DNA of 64,000 nucleotides from Pseudomonadota bacterium (GCA_036687665.1 JAYYZZ010000003.1:68129-132128), one strand, 5' to 3'; shown: positions 1 through 8,671, counted from the first letter of the stretch. Notes: generated by a model not told the origin, from the letters alone. Made by a program: numbers and translations.

Positions 1-1
1 T

Positions 2-124
2 AACAATAAACATAATGATTTGTTAGCCTATATCAATCGTTTATCAGATTTGCTGTTCGTGTATTGTAGAAAAATCGCAGCGGCAGATTTAGTGGAAGAG
101 AAATACTGGAATCCGTCTATTTAA
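2..124 (+). CDS. 3' end of ATP:cob(I)alamin adenosyltransferase (PduO-type), partial
   Basis: Open frame entering from the window edge, ending TAA at 122..124. Translation is ...LLAYINRLSDLLFVYCRKIAAADLVEEKYWNPSI*; the YINRLSDLLF block is typical of the C-terminal helix of PduO/MMAB-type adenosyltransferases. Only 40 codons are visible. Confidence 0.45.
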   Translation, partial: NNKHNDLLAYINRLSDLLFVYCRKIAAADLVEEKYWNPSI

Positions 125-892
125 TTTTCGTTGTTCCTATAATCACCTCTGCATCTAGAAGTTTCTTGAAAATTGTTCGCCCGCCTTCCACTATTGATTG
201 GTCATTTGTTTTTTTAAGTATTATGGCCATTTCTTTTAAAATTTCCTCACCTGTTTTCTTTTTCTCTTCATGTATTTTTTCTAGCAAAAGAGCAGAGTAG
301 AGATTTATTTCTACAAAATATACTTTTCCATCACTACGTCTATTCACTATAAGATTTGTTGGTTCTTTTTGTATTTCTTTTAAATCAAAATCTTTACTTA
401 TTTTGTGCACAGCGTAGTTGTAGCGTAATAATTTAGCTAATGGTGAAATAACAGGTATGCCGTTATATAAATCGCCGACAGGATCTATTTTGCTCATGTC
501 AACTTGTTCATTAGAGATTAATAATTCCAATTCTATATATTCATAGTGCGCAAGCTCTAATAAAAAGACGGGATCGTTTTCTTGGAATTTGTACTCATTT
601 TGCAAATAGCTTAGGAATTCCTTGGCAATGTTATAAAAAAAAGGGCTTTTGCAATTGTGAGAGGCGTAAAATAGTTTTATTTTCTTTTCCCATTCTATTG
701 GGGTATATAGGCTACGTAAGACAGGGTAAGTTTTATTAATAAAGCCACTTATATTTTTAAAAAAAAGTTTACGATAAATCTCAAGACGCCTCTCTTCGAC
801 TCCGCTAGGAGGCGGAACATTGTCAGGATCTCTTAAATGTGCAGAGAAAGCATGCTGTATATCTTGAAAATTTAAATTTTTTTTTTAGTCAT
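117..892 (-). CDS. DUF2063 RiPP-maturation partner (HvfC/BufC/MbnC-like); reading frame interrupted at an A10 tract near the 5' end
   Basis: The frame is open from 884 to the stop at 117 (255 codons). The N-terminal part reads KKNLNFQDIQHAFSAHLRDPDNVPPPSGVEERRLEIYRKLFF..., and the C-terminal part reads ...PVFLLELAHYEYIELEL.... Both fit the DUF2063 pattern. The first 93 codons contain no ATG, GTG or TTG; the ORF track only picks up a TTG at 605. An ATG at 892..890 overlaps the upstream stop (ATGA) but lies in another frame. One extra A in the A10 run (886..877) would join the two frames. Confidence 0.7.
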
Positions 893-1719
893 TGTTGTGC
901 TTGGGCTTGATACTTTTTTATTGTACTAACTTCAGTTAATAAATCTGTGATTGGCGGGAAATTAAAGTCTCTCTCTAGTAAAGTGGGAATAGGTCCAAAT
1001 TCTTTGTATGCGTGTTTAAGCAAATTCCAAACAGGTTCTATAACATTTGCCCCATGCGTATCGACGATAAGATCCGTATCTTCTTGTGAATGTCCAGCAA
1101 TATGCATGTACGCAATTTTGTCTCTTGGTAGTCCTTCTAAATAGTGCAAAGGGTCATATTTATGATTTATAGAGTTTACATAAACATTATTGATATCAAG
1201 AAGCAGCATACATCCTGATTCCTCAAGTATTCCATTCAAAAAATCTAGCTCACTGATTTCTTGACCGGGAGAGGCGTAATATGAAACGTTCTCTATTGCT
1301 ATTTTGCGTTCTAAAATATTTTGTGTGTCTTGAATCCTGGATGCTACATACTTAATGGCATCATTGGTAAATGGAATTGGCATCAAATCATACAGATGGC
1401 CTGCGTCTGAGCAGTAACTCAAGTGTTCTGTGTAAAAAGCAATATGATGTAAATCAAGAAATTTTTTTATTTTTTCAAGTAAAACATAATCTAATGGAGC
1501 TGGACTACCCAATGACAATGAAAGGCCATGAGTGACAAATGGAAATTTTTCTGTAAATGTATGTAAACGCTGCCCGATAGAACCGCCTACATCTATCCAG
1601 TTCTCTGGCGCTATTTCCATGAAATCTACATTTTTAGGTGTAGTGTTTTCCAAATCATCTATGATATCTCTGCGCAAGCCTAAGCCCGCGCCGCGTATAG
1701 CCGCTAAATTATTGCTCAT
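889..1719 (-). CDS. Multinuclear non-heme iron oxidase (MNIO, DUF692; MbnB/HvfB/BufB-like)
   Basis: 276 aa with the TIM-barrel DUF692 pattern: GLGLRRD...DFMEIAPENW, FPFVTHGLSLSLGS, YTEHLSY, IENVSYY, LLDINNVYVNS, YMHIAGH. Located 30 nt downstream of the Cys-repeat precursor gene and coupled to the DUF2063 gene. Confidence 0.85.
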   Translation of the reverse strand: MSNNLAAIRGAGLGLRRDIIDDLENTTPKNVDFMEIAPENWIDVGGSIGQRLHTFTEKFPFVTHGLSLSLGSPAPLDYVLLEKIKKFLDLHHIAFYTEHLSYCSDAGHLYDLMPIPFTNDAIKYVASRIQDTQNILERKIAIENVSYYASPGQEISELDFLNGILEESGCMLLLDINNVYVNSINHKYDPLHYLEGLPRDKIAYMHIAGHSQEDTDLIVDTHGANVIEPVWNLLKHAYKEFGPIPTLLERDFNFPPITDLLTEVSTIKKYQAQAQQ

Positions 1720-1749
1720 ACAATGGTTAAGACAGGATTGTAGCTAGTT

Positions 1750-2082
1750 TTAGTTGCCGCACGTGCCTTCGCCGCACTTACCTTCACCATCTTTACCTTC
1801 GCCGCACTTACCTTCGCCGCACTTACCTTCGCCGCACTTACCTTCATCATTTTTGTTTTCGCTAGCTTTAGCTCCGCCACAGCCGCACTTACCTTCATCA
1901 TGTTTTTCATCATGTGTTTTCTCATCTTTTTTCTTATGAGAGCCTGCGACCATATAGCCAGAAGATAGTTCCTTCATTGTAAAGGGGTCTTCATGGGCGT
2001 TTACTGCTTGAGAGGTTGTCATTGTTATCGCTACTGTACCTATAGCTATAGCGAGGGGTGTCAGTCTTTCTTTTTTTGCCAT
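1750..2082 (-). CDS. Secreted Cys-repeat RiPP precursor (EGKCG-repeat, HvfA/oxazolin-like)
   Basis: AGGAG lies 7 nt upstream of the ATG at 2082. The Sec signal peptide is MAKKERLTPLAIAIGTVAITMTTSQAVNA|HEDP. A His/Lys/Asp/Glu-rich spacer follows. The C-terminal core is EGKCGCGG...DEGKCGEGKCGEGKCGEGKDGEGKCGEGTCGN, with 7 Cys. The track ORF starts 18 nt earlier at 2100, but the SD favours 2082. Confidence 0.8.
   Translation of the reverse strand: MAKKERLTPLAIAIGTVAITMTTSQAVNAHEDPFTMKELSSGYMVAGSHKKKDEKTHDEKHDEGKCGCGGAKASENKNDEGKCGEGKCGEGKCGEGKDGEGKCGEGTCGN
1756..1845 (-). repeat. Six tandem 15-bp units encoding the EG(K/T)(C/D)G pentapeptides
   Basis: On the plus strand, GCCGCACTTACCTTC is exact at 1771, 1801, 1816 and 1831, with a fifth exact copy at 1882..1896. 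Variant units are at 1756 (EGTCG) and 1786 (EGKDG). Confidence 0.95.
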
Positions 2083-2149
2083 CACCAAATCTCCTAACAT
2101 TTTTAATGTAAATATTAAGTTATCAATATACTCTATTTTTTTTTGTTGT

Positions 2150-2782
2150 CTATAATGCTTTTTTCTTGTAAAGACAAATGTCCTTTAACAGACAATTTGG
2201 GCATTTTGGTGTCCTTGCACTGCAAATATAACGACCATGCAATATAAGCCAGTGATGTGCATTTTTTTTGAATTTCTCGGGAACATGCTTTAATAATTTT
2301 TTTTCTACGATAAGTACATTTTTTCCTGGGGCAAGACCCGTTCTATTACATACCCTAAAAATATGCGTATCGACAGCAATAGTTTTTTTGTTAAATGCCG
2401 TGTTTAAAACGACATTTGCAGTTTTTCTGCCTACCCCGGGTAAAGATTCAAGCTCGCTTCTTATTTCCGGAACTTCACCATTATGCTGCTTAACTAAAAT
2501 CCTACATGTTTTTATTATATTTTTAGCTTTTGTGTTATGAAGCCCTATGTTTTTAATATGTTCTTTAAGGCCTTTCTCTCCTAGATTTAAAATTTTTTCA
2601 GGTGTTATTGATTTAATAAATAGTTTTTTTGTTGCCTTATTAACACTAATGTCTGTAGCTTGCGCGGATAAAATAACTGCAATTAAGAGTTGAAATGGAT
2701 TTTTATATTTGAGTTCAGTTGTCGGGTTTGGGTTTTGTTTTTCAAGCCGAGAAAATAATTTATTTATATTTGCATTATTCAT
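2150..2782 (-). CDS. nth: Endonuclease III
   Basis: HhH-GPD motif [13 protein letters not shown] and a C-terminal 4Fe-4S Cys cluster [17 protein letters not shown]. Confidence 0.95.
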   Translation of the reverse strand: MNNANINKLFSRLEKQNPNPTTELKYKNPFQLLIAVILSAQATDISVNKATKKLFIKSITPEKILNLGEKGLKEHIKNIGLHNTKAKNIIKTCRILVKQHNGEVPEIRSELESLPGVGRKTANVVLNTAFNKKTIAVDTHIFRVCNRTGLAPGKNVLIVEKKLLKHVPEKFKKNAHHWLILHGRYICSARTPKCPNCLLKDICLYKKKAL

Positions 2783-2785
2783 TTG

Positions 2786-3190
2786 TTATTCTAAATTCTT
2801 TGCTCTTTTTATAGCATCATTAATTACTTTTTTGTTTATCTTATTTTCGGATATATATAAATTATCTTTTAATTCTTGATGTACTTTTTTTTCAAAATTT
2901 TTATAATTATTTATTCTTTCTTTTCGAGATTTATAGCGTTTTTTTGCAAGGTTTATTTTTTCTTTCTTTTTTGAGTCAGATTTTTCCGTTATTTGAATTA
3001 TTTCAATACAGCTGACAGGGCAAGGAGTAATGCAGATATCACAACCAATGCAGAGGTCTTCAATTATCGTATGCGACATATTTGGTGCTCCAACAATTGC
3101 ATCGAATGGGCATACTTTTAGGCAAATAGCACAACCTACACAATATTCTTCATGTATAAAAGCTCGCTTATTGTTTGGATTGATTTGCAA
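2786..3190 (-). CDS. RnfB-like 2x[4Fe-4S] ferredoxin domain protein with a Lys-rich tail
   Basis: Two CxxCxxCxxxCP motifs ([24 protein letters not shown]) followed by about 65 aa of K/R/N-rich sequence. It sits directly upstream of nth, where rnf/rsx operons end in other gammaproteobacteria. Confidence 0.65.
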   Translation of the reverse strand: MQINPNNKRAFIHEEYCVGCAICLKVCPFDAIVGAPNMSHTIIEDLCIGCDICITPCPVSCIEIIQITEKSDSKKKEKINLAKKRYKSRKERINNYKNFEKKVHQELKDNLYISENKINKKVINDAIKRAKNLE

Positions 3191-3198
3191 AGTGAATT

Positions 3199-3543
3199 TT
3201 ATTTAACTTGCATTCCTGGTTGCGCACCGATGTCTGCTGTCAGTAAAAATATTCCTTCATCTTCAGTGCCAACAGCTAGCAGCATGCCTTCTGAGGTTCC
3301 AAATCTCATTTTTCTTGGTTTTAAATTTGCCACTACAATTATATGTCTCCCAATCAGATCTTTCAGTGGGTAGGATTTTTTTATGCCAGCGAGTATTTCT
3401 CGCATATTCTCACCCATGTCAACTGTCAAGCGCACTAGTTTATCTGCATCTTCGATTTCTTCCGCATTTACAATTTTAGCAACACGCAAATCAACTTTTG
3501 AAAAATATTCGAAATCTATCTCACTGTTTTTTTGATTATCCAT
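3199..3543 (-). CDS. MetRS C-terminal tRNA-binding domain (Trbp111/EMAP-like), encoded as a separate ORF
   Basis: The segment [31 protein letters not shown]...[21 protein letters not shown] aligns with the C-terminal domain of E. coli MetG. It is in the same frame as metG, 18 nt after its TAA. Confidence 0.85.
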   Translation of the reverse strand: MDNQKNSEIDFEYFSKVDLRVAKIVNAEEIEDADKLVRLTVDMGENMREILAGIKKSYPLKDLIGRHIIVVANLKPRKMRFGTSEGMLLAVGTEDEGIFLLTADIGAQPGMQVK

Positions 3544-3558
3544 ATACTGATTTTTACT

Positions 3559-5196
3559 TTAATTCGATATTATTTTTGCAACATTTTTTTTGTCTAACCT
3601 CTCAACGAGAGGGGTATATTCTTTAATTTTATGTTTCAAAAGAGGTTTTTCTATATCTGACCAATAAAGAGGTTCTGTTTGTAAAAAATTTTCTGTCGTC
3701 TTTGCAATGTTGGGCATTATAGGTTTTAGATATATTGTTAATACTCTAAACAGGTTAATACCCATTGAGCATACTGCCTGCACGTCTTTTTCTTTGCCTT
3801 CCAGTTTTGCTAATTTCCAAGGCTCCTTATCGTTAATGTATTGGTTAGCGCTATCTGCAAGTTTCATAATTTGTTTTATAGCAGCGGAATATTCTCTATC
3901 TTCAAAATATTTTGCGATTAAATCCTTGGTATTACAAAACTCATCAAAAAGAGGTTGGTTATCTATTTCCTCTGACAACTCTCCCTTAAAATCTTTATTT
4001 ATGAAGCTCGCACATCGGCTTGCGATATTTGCAAATTTTCCAACTAGATCACTATTAATGCGAGCGATAAAATCATCTAAGTTTAAATCAATATCCTCAA
4101 TGTCAGCCCCTAATTTTGCAGCAAAATAATAACGCAAGTATTCTGGTTCTAAATGTTTGATATACGTGCGTGCAGTTATATATGTACCTCGAGACTTTGA
4201 CATCTTTTTACCATTAATTGTTAAAAAGCCATGATAAAAAATATTTGTTGGTAGGCGATAGCCCGAACCTTCAAGCAATGCTGGCCAAAAAAGAGTGTGA
4301 AAATATGCAATATCTTTTCCTATGAAATGGTATAGCTCAGCTTCACTATTTTTTGCCCAATATTCATCAAAATTATATTTTTTGTTATTACAGAGGTTTA
4401 GAAATGAAGCAATATATCCAATAGGAGCATCAAACCAAACATAAAAGTATTTTCCTATTTCTCCTGGTATTTCAAAACCAAAATAAGGTTCATCGCGAGA
4501 AATGTCCCAGTCCCGCAATCCGCTATCAAACCATTCTTGCAGCTTATTTCGCATTTCAGTTTGTGTAATTTTATTATCCACAAAGTTCTTCAAAGATTTT
4601 TGAAAATTGTTCAATAAAAAGAAGTAATGTTCCGATTCTTTTGTAATTGGAGTTGCTCCTGTAAGGGTAGATCTGGGATCTTTTAAATCTGTTGGCGAAT
4701 AAGTTGCCCCGCACTCTTCACAGGCATCTCCATATTGATCGGAAGCGTTGCAATGTGGGCACTCACCTTTAATAAAACGATCTGGTAGAAACATTTCAGC
4801 TTTTTCATCATAAAATTGCGAGATTATTTTTTTTCTAATATGCCCAGCTGAGCTCAATGCCTCATATATATTATTCGAGATTGATTGATTTTCTTTACTA
4901 TGAGTCGAGTGATAATTATCAAATTCAATCAAAAAATCACTAAAATCTTTTTCATGCTCATCCTGTGTTTTTTTTATCAAATCTTCCGGGGTTATCGATT
5001 CTTGCTGAGCGCGCAGCATAATGGGTGTGCCATGAGCATCGTCAGCACACACATATAGGCAATGGTTTTTACAAGACTTCTGAAATCGAACCCATATATC
5101 AGTCTGTATGTACTCTACTAAATGGCCGAGGTGAATGGGCCCATTAGCGTATGGTAGGGCACTAGTTACCAATATCTTGCGTTTTAATGAAGCCAT
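3559..5196 (-). CDS. metG: Methionine--tRNA ligase, catalytic core
   Basis: HIGH-type motif PIHLGHL, KMSKS motif (KMSKSRG) and zinc knuckles CPHC...CEEC. The ATG at 5196 (MASLKRKILVTSALPYANG) is the likelier start; the track ORF begins at a TTG at 5220. Confidence 0.95.
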   Translation of the reverse strand: MASLKRKILVTSALPYANGPIHLGHLVEYIQTDIWVRFQKSCKNHCLYVCADDAHGTPIMLRAQQESITPEDLIKKTQDEHEKDFSDFLIEFDNYHSTHSKENQSISNNIYEALSSAGHIRKKIISQFYDEKAEMFLPDRFIKGECPHCNASDQYGDACEECGATYSPTDLKDPRSTLTGATPITKESEHYFFLLNNFQKSLKNFVDNKITQTEMRNKLQEWFDSGLRDWDISRDEPYFGFEIPGEIGKYFYVWFDAPIGYIASFLNLCNNKKYNFDEYWAKNSEAELYHFIGKDIAYFHTLFWPALLEGSGYRLPTNIFYHGFLTINGKKMSKSRGTYITARTYIKHLEPEYLRYYFAAKLGADIEDIDLNLDDFIARINSDLVGKFANIASRCASFINKDFKGELSEEIDNQPLFDEFCNTKDLIAKYFEDREYSAAIKQIMKLADSANQYINDKEPWKLAKLEGKEKDVQAVCSMGINLFRVLTIYLKPIMPNIAKTTENFLQTEPLYWSDIEKPLLKHKIKEYTPLVERLDKKNVAKIISN

Positions 5197-5299
5197 GTAT
5201 GTCTTATTGGGTATCTGCAATCCTCTCCTAGTATATAATAATCTAATATAAAACCATCTGTGTATGCGTAAAAATTTTAATCTTCAGTAGGTAGCTTCC

Positions 5300-6388
5300 A
5301 TGGAATTGAGTATAGATAATATAAAGGGTGTTTTGAAAGAACTCCACGATCCACATACTGGTGCTGATTTAGTTTCCAGCAAGGCAATTAACGACATTTC
5401 AATTAACAAAAAGGCAGTGAAGGTAGAGGTTTTGTTGGGCTACCCAGCCAAGAGTTATAAGGAGAAATTAGAGGAAGAAATAAAAAACAAGCTTCTGGCA
5501 ACTCAAGGTATTGAGTCAGCTGAGGTATCTGTTGGATGGGAAATTACGTCTCATTCAGTCCAGAAAAACCTTCAACCTATGAAAAATGTTAAGAATGTAA
5601 TTGCTGTGGCTTCAGGAAAGGGTGGCGTAGGAAAATCAACGACAGCAGTCAATCTTGCTTTAGCATTAGCTGCAGAAGGAGCTGTTGCTGGTATATTAGA
5701 TGCTGATATTTATGGTCCAAGCCAACCAAGAATGCTTGGAATCTCGGGACAACCTCATTCTGAAGATGATCAAACTCTGGAGCCTATGGAAAACCATGGT
5801 TTGCAAGCTATGTCGATTGGTTTTCTCATCGAGGAAGAAACTCCAATGATATGGAGAGGTCCAATGGTTACTCAAGCGCTAGAGCAACTATTGAATGATA
5901 CGCAGTGGCGCGAGCTTGATTACTTAATTATTGATTTACCCCCTGGAACCGGGGATGTGCAGTTAACTCTTGCACAAAAAATTCCCGTCAGCGGCGCAAT
6001 AATAGTTACTACACCTCAAGATATCGCATTACTAGATGCTAGAAAAGGGTTGAAAATGTTTGAGAAAGTCGAAGTACCAGTTCTGGGCGTGATTGAAAAC
6101 ATGAGTATTCATATTTGCAGTAAATGTGGGCAAGAAGAGCCAATATTTGGTACTGGCGGTGGTGAAAATCTTGCAAAAGAAAGCTCTGTGCATTTACTTG
6201 GGCAGCTACCATTAGATATGAGCATACGAGAACAAACTGACAGCGGAAAACCAACTGTGATTTCTCATCCCGAAAGCAGGATTACAGATATTTATAAAGA
6301 GATAGCGCGTACCGCTAGCGCAAGATTGGCAATGAAAGCTAAAGATTACAGCGCTAAATTTCCAAAGATTGTTATTCAAAACGATTAA
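5300..6388 (+). CDS. apbC: Fe-S cluster carrier ATPase Mrp/ApbC
   Basis: N-terminal DUF59-like domain, P-loop [11 protein letters not shown] and CSKCG motif. Divergent from metG, as in E. coli and Pseudomonas. Confidence 0.9.
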   Translation: MELSIDNIKGVLKELHDPHTGADLVSSKAINDISINKKAVKVEVLLGYPAKSYKEKLEEEIKNKLLATQGIESAEVSVGWEITSHSVQKNLQPMKNVKNVIAVASGKGGVGKSTTAVNLALALAAEGAVAGILDADIYGPSQPRMLGISGQPHSEDDQTLEPMENHGLQAMSIGFLIEEETPMIWRGPMVTQALEQLLNDTQWRELDYLIIDLPPGTGDVQLTLAQKIPVSGAIIVTTPQDIALLDARKGLKMFEKVEVPVLGVIENMSIHICSKCGQEEPIFGTGGGENLAKESSVHLLGQLPLDMSIREQTDSGKPTVISHPESRITDIYKEIARTASARLAMKAKDYSAKFPKIVIQND

Positions 6389-6392
6389 TCTT

Positions 6393-6959
6393 ATGTCAAT
6401 AAAGTCTGATAAGTGGATTGCTGAAATGGTTGCATCACATCACATGATTGACCCTTATGAGCCTAAGCAAGTGAAAAAAAATCAAGGAAATCGCTGCATA
6501 TCATATGGTACTTCAAGTTACGGGTATGATATGAGGTGCTCAAATGAGTTTAAAATATTTACTAATATTAACTCTGCAGTGGTAGACCCTAAAGCTTTTA
6601 GCAATGAAAGTTTTGTTGATTATGTTGGTGATGTTTGCATTGTTCCCCCAAATTCTTTTGCCCTTGCTAGCACTGTTGAGTATTTTCGAATACCACGATC
6701 AGTTTTGACTTTATGTTTAGGTAAATCAACATATGCTCGGTGCGGGATCATAGTCAATGTTACGCCGCTTGAGCCAGAGTGGGAAGGGCATGTGACTCTT
6801 GAGTTTTCTAATACGACTCCACTCCCAGCTAAAATTTATGCAAATGAAGGTGTGGCACAAGTAATTTTCTTAGAGTCAGATGAAGTATGCCAAACGTCGT
6901 ATAAGGATAGGGACGGCAAGTACCAAGGGCAGGAAGGGGTTACTTTACCAAAAACATAG
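6393..6959 (+). CDS. dcd: dCTP deaminase
   Basis: 188 aa starting MSIKSDKWI, Dcd-like throughout. The track ORF starts 24 nt earlier and overlaps apbC. Confidence 0.9.
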   Translation: MSIKSDKWIAEMVASHHMIDPYEPKQVKKNQGNRCISYGTSSYGYDMRCSNEFKIFTNINSAVVDPKAFSNESFVDYVGDVCIVPPNSFALASTVEYFRIPRSVLTLCLGKSTYARCGIIVNVTPLEPEWEGHVTLEFSNTTPLPAKIYANEGVAQVIFLESDEVCQTSYKDRDGKYQGQEGVTLPKT

Positions 6960-6967
6960 CAATGTAA

Positions 6968-7207
6968 ATGGAAAACCTTAATGTCATTTACAAATCTGTT
7001 CGCCGTTATGTAATATTTATTATTGGCGCGACAATCATCTTACTAGGTGTGGTGATGATTGCGACACCTGGGCCTGCAATTATAGTAATACCCTTTGGTT
7101 TAGCTATCCTAGCGACAGAGTTCATATGGGCAAGAAAGCTACTAAAGAAATTTAAAAGCAAAGTTTCTGGACTGACCCCTGACAAGAACAATACCAAAAA
7201 AAACTAA
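6968..7207 (+). CDS. Small two-TM membrane protein (PGPGW-like)
   Basis: 79 aa with two hydrophobic helices around TPGPAIIVIPFGLAILATEFIWARKLL and a basic tail. Confidence 0.5.
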   Translation: MENLNVIYKSVRRYVIFIIGATIILLGVVMIATPGPAIIVIPFGLAILATEFIWARKLLKKFKSKVSGLTPDKNNTKKN

Positions 7208-7236
7208 GCGCTTAATTAAAGAAGAAAGCTGCAGCA

Positions 7237-8625
7237 CTAAAGCAACAGCATTGTTCCTAATCCTAGGAAAACAACAAATCCAATCACGTCTGTAAAAGTG
7301 GTTAATAACACATTGCCTGCTAGGGCAGGGTCGACACCAAGCTTTCGTAAAACCATAGGTATGCTGACCCCAGCAATGGCAGCAAAGATTAGGTTAGCTA
7401 TCATCGCCAATGCAATTATTAATCCTATTGTCTTGTCGTTAAACCATACTGCTGCAATGATTGCTACAACAGCACCCCATAAAATACTATTTAGCGCACT
7501 CACAATTACTTCTTTTGACATCAATACTCGGGCGTTGCTTCGAGCAACTTGCCCTAGCGCCAAACCTCGTATTACTAGAGTCAGCGTTTGTCCGCCGGCA
7601 ATTCCCCCCATGCTGGCGACAATTGGCATTAATACTGCCAAAGCAACTACTTTTTGAATTGTCTCTTGGAAAAAACCGATCGCGATAGCAGTAATAATAG
7701 CTGTAAATAAATTAATACCAAGCCAGACACCCCTGCGTTTAGCTGCAGGTATTATTGGGGAAAAGAGATCCTCGTCTTTTGCTAATCCGGCCATATGGTA
7801 TACCGTATTTTCTCCTTCTTCTCTAATAATATCGATCACATCATCTACAGTTATGCGTCCCAGAACACCACCTTCCTCATCAATTACAGCGGCTGACAAT
7901 AGATCCCTGTCTTCAAACAAAGTAGCCACTTGTGCGGCTGGTGTTTCAGCATCCAAGGCTTTTATTCTTGTATCCATTAATTCAGAGACTGGAGTATTTG
8001 CCCCACTAGATAGCAGAGTTGGTAAATGTAAAACACCTAAATAATGCTCATTGTAGTCAACAACAATTAAACTATCTGTGTTACTTGGTATTGCTTCCCT
8101 TATTCTTAAATATCTTAAAACAACCTCTACTGTTAGATTTGCACGGATCGTTATTGCGTCTGTGTTCATAAGACCGCCAGCTGTATCTTCGTCGTAATCT
8201 AATATAGTTTCTATTCGTTGCCGATATTGATAGTCCATTCCATCTAGCACCTGTCGCATGACGGTGTCTGGGAAATCTACTAAAAGATCAGCAAGGTCGT
8301 CAATATCTAGACCTTCTATTGCCAAAAGCAAAGACTCTTCATCCATTTCGCTGATAATTCTTGAGCGCACTTCGTCACCCAACTCAAGCAGTATCTCTCC
8401 ATCTTGATCTCTATCTAGCATTGCCCAGACAATTGAACGTTTATTTTGCGGCAATGATTCGATCAGGTCAGCTATTTCAGAGGGATGTAGGCCATTTATC
8501 ATCAGTTTGGCACGCATGGTTGTGCCAGCCCCCAGAGCACCAGAAATAGCTTCTAGCAACCGTTCTGCTTGCGGATTTTTGTGCAGACGTTCTGTTGGCG
8601 TATTTTTAGGTGGTGTTTTTGGCAT
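7237..8625 (-). CDS. mgtE: Magnesium transporter MgtE
   Basis: 462 aa with an MgtE N-domain, a CBS pair and a C-terminal 5-TM domain. Confidence 0.9.
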   Translation of the reverse strand: MPKTPPKNTPTERLHKNPQAERLLEAISGALGAGTTMRAKLMINGLHPSEIADLIESLPQNKRSIVWAMLDRDQDGEILLELGDEVRSRIISEMDEESLLLAIEGLDIDDLADLLVDFPDTVMRQVLDGMDYQYRQRIETILDYDEDTAGGLMNTDAITIRANLTVEVVLRYLRIREAIPSNTDSLIVVDYNEHYLGVLHLPTLLSSGANTPVSELMDTRIKALDAETPAAQVATLFEDRDLLSAAVIDEEGGVLGRITVDDVIDIIREEGENTVYHMAGLAKDEDLFSPIIPAAKRRGVWLGINLFTAIITAIAIGFFQETIQKVVALAVLMPIVASMGGIAGGQTLTLVIRGLALGQVARSNARVLMSKEVIVSALNSILWGAVVAIIAAVWFNDKTIGLIIALAMIANLIFAAIAGVSIPMVLRKLGVDPALAGNVLLTTFTDVIGFVVFLGLGTMLLL

Positions 8626-8671
8626 ATCACTAAGAAATTATTTAATAATCTTTAGGATATGTAAGTTTAAC

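Noticed and set aside
1756-1896. Short regularly spaced direct repeats that might suggest a CRISPR array.
   Set aside because: The units are 15 bp, directly abutting with no spacers, and lie inside a coding frame. No cas genes are present.
1716-1939. Two ORFs in the track with striking repeats (…KVSAAKVSAAKVSAA… on the minus strand and …PHLPSPHLPSPHLPS… on the plus strand).
   Set aside because: They are alternative-frame and opposite-strand readings of the same 15-bp tandem repeat that encodes EGKCG. Only the EGKCG frame has an SD, a signal peptide and the expected operon context.
8508-8524. A sigma-54-like element, TGGCACGCATGGTTGTG.
   Set aside because: The GG-to-downstream-element spacing is off by one and the -12 element is GT rather than GC. 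It also lies inside mgtE on the antisense strand with no downstream gene.
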